A stretch of DNA of 64,000 nucleotides from an uncultured bacterium. GTDB taxonomy: Bacteria; Chloroflexota; UBA5177; JANWHV01. The stretch is from positions 32,001 through 96,000 of the forward strand of contig CAWHAE010000010.1 in the NCBI GenBank assembly GCA_963827235.1, written 5' to 3'. The position numbers and the translations under genes are program-made. A model generated the notes under the pieces. That model had not been told where the DNA came from. It worked only from the letters and a program-made list of their open reading frames with translations, and made no database searches. Within the stretch, counting starts at the first letter, position 1; each line of letters opens with the position of its first letter. Positions 62,093-64,000 of the stretch are shown here, piece by piece.

Positions 62093-62656
62093 TCACCGTC
62101 CTTTGCGGTCCAGGATCGGCCCACCGGCCGAGTCCGCGACGTCCCGGGCGGCGATGCGCCGCATAGCTAGCGGCAAGTCTTGCAGGGACTTCGGCCCGAC
62201 CCGGCGCCCATAGGCCCTGGCGAGGGCGACCTCGATGGCGTCCGGTGTGTAGAACGCCTCGAAGCGCCGCACCACGTTGTCGTCGTTGTAGGCGCTGTAC
62301 GAGACGAGGATGCCGGCGCTGAGCTCCACGATACGGACCAGAATGGCGCCCGCCATGTCCAGCTCGTAGCCCAGGGCGCGGAAGAAGTCCTCGTAACCCG
62401 TCGGGCAGAGCGGCGGGCGGGGCGGCTCCTTTTGCTCGGTGCTGCGATGCTCACGGTAGCGATCGATCAACGCCGCCACGTCGTCGAGCGGCACCTCGAT
62501 GGCATCCGGTGCCAGGTCTCCGCTCGCGCCTTGAAGGGCCCGGACCACGAACCCCTCGGGCATCTCGTACAAGAGGACGTGACGGTAGACCTGCCCGTCG
62601 AGGAAGTGCCCGATCGCTCGCAGCGATTCCTGGTAGGTTGGCCGTTGCTCGTCCAT
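62093..62656 (-). CDS. Hypothetical protein with an internal duplication
   Basis: YQESLRAIGHFLD...PLCPTGYEDFFRALGYELD. Confidence 0.75.
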   Translation of the reverse strand: MDEQRPTYQESLRAIGHFLDGQVYRHVLLYEMPEGFVVRALQGASGDLAPDAIEVPLDDVAALIDRYREHRSTEQKEPPRPPLCPTGYEDFFRALGYELDMAGAILVRIVELSAGILVSYSAYNDDNVVRRFEAFYTPDAIEVALARAYGRRVGPKSLQDLPLAMRRIAARDVADSAGGPILDRKGR

Positions 62657-63336
62657 CTGCGATGCTCACCGTGGACTCCGCCCTTCGCGGGCAACGTCGA
62701 TCGACGCGCACGACGGTGTACGCGTCAGCTCCATTTCTATACTGTATCGTGTAGAATGCCACTCATTTGCGTTCGCGTCGAACAGCGACCGCAGATGATC
62801 GGCAAAGGTCGCGGTCGAAGCGCTCGCATCTCACTTTTGGGCTCGCCTGGATTGATGGCAGGCGTCGTCCGGCCGAGGCCGGGCGTATGGCGGGAGGCGT
62901 CTTGGGCTCGCCTGGATTGACGACTATGCCCTCGCCGTGCATGAGTTCAGGCAGTGCCAGGCGATCATGCCGCCCAAGGAGTGAGCAGAACGAAGCAAGC
63001 CCCCGGCCAGTGATGACCGGTGGCTTCTTGTTGTCAAGTGCGCGCGCCCAGTATGCGGATAGTATATGGAGCGCGTACGGATGACAGCGGGTTGGAGGCC
63101 AATCCGGGTAGCGCGCTCGGCTTGAGCGGGTTGCGGCAGCCCTCCGTCCTTGACGATTATTGGCCCAGTGCTGTTACAGACGGCCAAGCTTGATGGTAGA
63201 ACGCCTCCAGCTGCGGATGGGAGGGACGGGCCGGCTGCGGCCGGTTGAATCGGGGCGAGCGTCAATACACCGGCGCGCTCTCACGAAACCTCGACGGCCA
63301 ACTTCGCTCGGTGCCGTACGGCACGCGGGAGGAAAA

Positions 63337-63798
63337 TCAGGCGACGCCGGTCAGGCGGTCCAGAGCGCCCCGCCAGCGACGCGAGATCTCGGGCAGAATG
63401 GCGATCGCCATCTCGGGATGCGACTCCAGCTGCACGCGGAAGTGCCACTTATAGAGCGTCAGGCACAGCGTATCCTCGAGCGCGACCACCGTCGCCGTGC
63501 GCGGGCGATCGTCCAGCAGCGCCATCTCGCCGACGAACTGCCCGGGGCCTAGCTCGTTGAGTACTATCGACTCGCGGCCCGGCCGCTCGCGGCGGACCTC
63601 GACGCGCCCGGACACGATGATGCTGAGGTGGTTGCCTTCCTCTCCTTGCCGGATGATCACGTCCCCGGCCCGGTACCGGCTAGTGCCGGTGCACCTCGCC
63701 AGGTAGGACCGATGACTCTCATTCAGGCTGCGGAAGAGATCGACCTGCGATATCATCGCCATGATATCCACCGGCTCTGCCTTTTCGTCCACTCCCAT
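63337..63798 (-). CDS. Stand-alone cyclic-nucleotide-binding domain protein
   Basis: GDVIIRQGEEG, IIVSGRVEV, GQFVGEMALLDDRPRTATVVA. Confidence 0.9.
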   Translation of the reverse strand: MGVDEKAEPVDIMAMISQVDLFRSLNESHRSYLARCTGTSRYRAGDVIIRQGEEGNHLSIIVSGRVEVRRERPGRESIVLNELGPGQFVGEMALLDDRPRTATVVALEDTLCLTLYKWHFRVQLESHPEMAIAILPEISRRWRGALDRLTGVA

Positions 63799-64000
63799 CC
63801 TCCCCGCGACGCACCGCACCCACCCTGGCGAGAGGCGCCGGTCGCCGTGGCGGCACCTGCATACTCCGCCGCCGGGCCAGACCTCTCACCAGTACCATAC
63901 CTGCCGATCGGGCAGTGGACAAATCTGTCGCGAAACCGCAGGGCACGCCCATGCACGGCTGTGCCGCCACGCATCTCCGGTGCGCGCGGTGCGCCTGGAG

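Noticed and set aside
62760-63330. Possible ncRNA or riboswitch in the long intergenic region
   Set aside because: Only weak hairpins; no recognisable conserved motif

Overview
High-GC bacterial accessory region, probably Chloroflexota (inferred from protein family styles, not verified). I found no rRNA, tRNA or CRISPR array. In order, the window holds: (1) a tandem, mosaic array of four paralogous secreted Cys-containing proteins with variable loops and a duplicated promoter carrying 12-bp-spaced CTGTGC repeats; (2) a lower-GC operon encoding a beta-propeller/7-repeat PLL-type lectin, preceded by a CHAT-like remnant; (3) a WYL regulator divergent from an HhH gene; (4) four XRE-HTH STAND (NLR-like) regulators, two XRE-TIR-nSTAND1-TM-14xWD40 and two XRE-AAA-TPR. 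Three of these face a divergent secreted-protein gene, and two with different sensor bodies share a near-identical promoter plus XRE head; (5) a cytochrome c / GH31 / ArnT-like GT / GT2 / sulfocyanin / radical SAM / TusA / DsrE / Nudix / DUF2064 cluster; (6) a decayed zone (about 47.7-59.6 kb) with IS, integrase, ABC, MBL and ATP-grasp remnants, TetR operons and an orphan ParE; (7) small hypotheticals, a 35-bp tandem repeat and a cNMP-binding protein. Several single-base frameshifts may be sequencing errors. The best candidate for a new system is the shuffled XRE-STAND sensor plus divergent secreted cargo cassette family, with its helically phased YTGTG boxes. Family calls come from motif recognition by eye; no database search was run.
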